A stretch of 64,000 nucleotides of DNA from Lama guanicoe. Lineage: Eukaryota. Below, piece by piece: positions 62,773-64,000 of this stretch. Both the position numbers and the translations under genes were made by a program. The first letter of the stretch is position 1; every line of letters starts with the position of its first letter. The notes beneath the pieces are model-generated. The model had not been told where the DNA came from, did not search any database, and saw only the letters and a program-made list of their open reading frames with translations. Location: assembly GCA_013239625.1 (NCBI GenBank), contig MU053881.1:1-64000 (forward strand), written 5' to 3'.

Positions 62773-63829
62773 GTGAGCCCTCCGTCCGCCCCAGGGCGCA
62801 GCTGGCCACGAGGCGGGAGCCTTACCCGGGCGAGTGGGGGGACCGCACGGACGGGAGACGCGCGGGGGACAGGGCCCGCGGGAACCTCAGGCACAAGGGG
62901 AGAGGGTCGGGAGCCAGGGATACAGTCACCGGACCGAGCGCGGCGGGCTGGGCCGGGGCCCGCGGGGATGGGGAGGGGCGGGGACGGGGCGCCCGGCTGC
63001 ACCGCAGGTGGAGATAGTGCTCGGTGTCCCCGACTATTCTCCACCATCTGTGTGGCTCAGCTCCCTTGGAGCTGGCCCCATCGCGCTGCATCCTCAGCCT
63101 GGATTCTTCGCTTGCTTACACACTTCCCCGCGAAGTCCAAGCACCGCACTGCCCTGTCCTCCAACCCGCGCGCGCTGGGGATCGTCCCCGGGTGCGAGTC
63201 TTCAGTCCCCGCGGGGCCACAGAGCTGGGCGCGCACTTCCCGATGCCTCCCAGTCTGTGCTGGAGATCGGTCCCCCAGAGGGATCTCTGGTCAGTGTCCA
63301 CCTTCCCCAGGCCAGGGACTGCCGGGGCAAGGGCTCGGGGACCGCGGGAGATAGGCGCCGTCGGGCGGAATGGGCGCAGGTGCCTACTGGAACTTGAGGC
63401 GAATCATGAGTTGGCAGCCCGTGAGCAATCAGCGTCGCAACGAGGCAGAAAGCAGGCCCTCTCCCTATTTCGGGGCTTAGGAGCCTTGAAGGCGGAACTA
63501 AGGATCCTGAATTATAAGGCAGAGGGGAGGCAGGGTCTGGGTTTGTGGTGGGAACACGACTGGAGGTTGCAGTTGTGGGGCTGAAGGGAAGGTAGTGTGG
63601 CGATGGGGAGGGAGCAAAGGGGTCTGGTTGGATGGACATGTCAAGAATAAACCATCAGGAATTGGGGGAGGATGAGCTGAAGTCCACGCAAGATCTGGTC
63701 ACCCTGGAAATCAGAGGGTGGAGGAAGGGTCTTCATGGGTCCCTGAGAGTTCCGGAGTTCTGGAAGGTCTGAAGGGAGGGACGAGGACCTTGCTGTTTTT
63801 GAACACTGTGGCTTTTGAATTCTGGTTTT

Positions 63830-63990
63830 ACAAGCTTCATTTCTTTTAATCTTCACAAGGGAGTGTTAGACCCATCTTACAGATGGAGACACTTAGACCA
63901 AGGACATGTGTAACTTCCCCCAAAGTCCCCAGGTGGCCAGGAGTAAGAGATGCGGTCAATACAGGTCTTTGGGATAACAGAGCCCGGCTC
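63830..63990 (-). mobile_element. MIR in FLT4 intron 1
   Basis: tttaatcttcacaa...cccatcttacagatggagacacttagacc...taacttccccaaagtccccag. Confidence 0.65.
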
Positions 63991-64000
63991 TCTGTGCCTT

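Noticed and set aside
62284..63639. 356-aa, 246-aa and other ORFs around FLT4 exon 1
   Set aside because: Low-complexity G/P/R/A translations typical of CpG islands. Only the signal-peptide exon is recognisable.

Overview
This is mammalian genomic DNA, not prokaryotic. The Vic-1-type tRNA-derived SINEs and the young L1 3' ends point to a camelid, though that is recognised from memory and not by search. From left to right the window holds: (1) a ~2 kb mRNA-3'UTR-like segment ending in AATAAA plus a genomic poly(A), probably a retrocopy tail; (2) a ~10.2 kb satellite array with a ~247-248 bp monomer, an orientation flip at ~7052 and a subfamily switch at ~8160; (3) an intact two-exon FAM110C gene on +; (4) a short perfect (CCCTAA)4 tract and two degenerate TTAGGG-like arrays at ~38.1-38.5 kb and ~39.9-40.1 kb; (5) a TE-dense interval containing an intronless, intact 406-aa POM121-derived retrogene on -; (6) nested L1/LTR elements, including a twin-primed L1; and (7) the FLT4 (VEGFR3) CpG-island promoter and exon 1 with an apparently shifted splice donor. 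The most notable signal is the overall architecture: satellite | FAM110C -> fossil telomere repeats | POM121-like retrogene | FLT4. This joins genes that lie near different chromosome ends in human (2pter and 5qter), suggesting a fossil chromosome end, a fusion, or a subtelomeric duplication mosaic. Repeat-family names and boundaries are approximate visual assignments.
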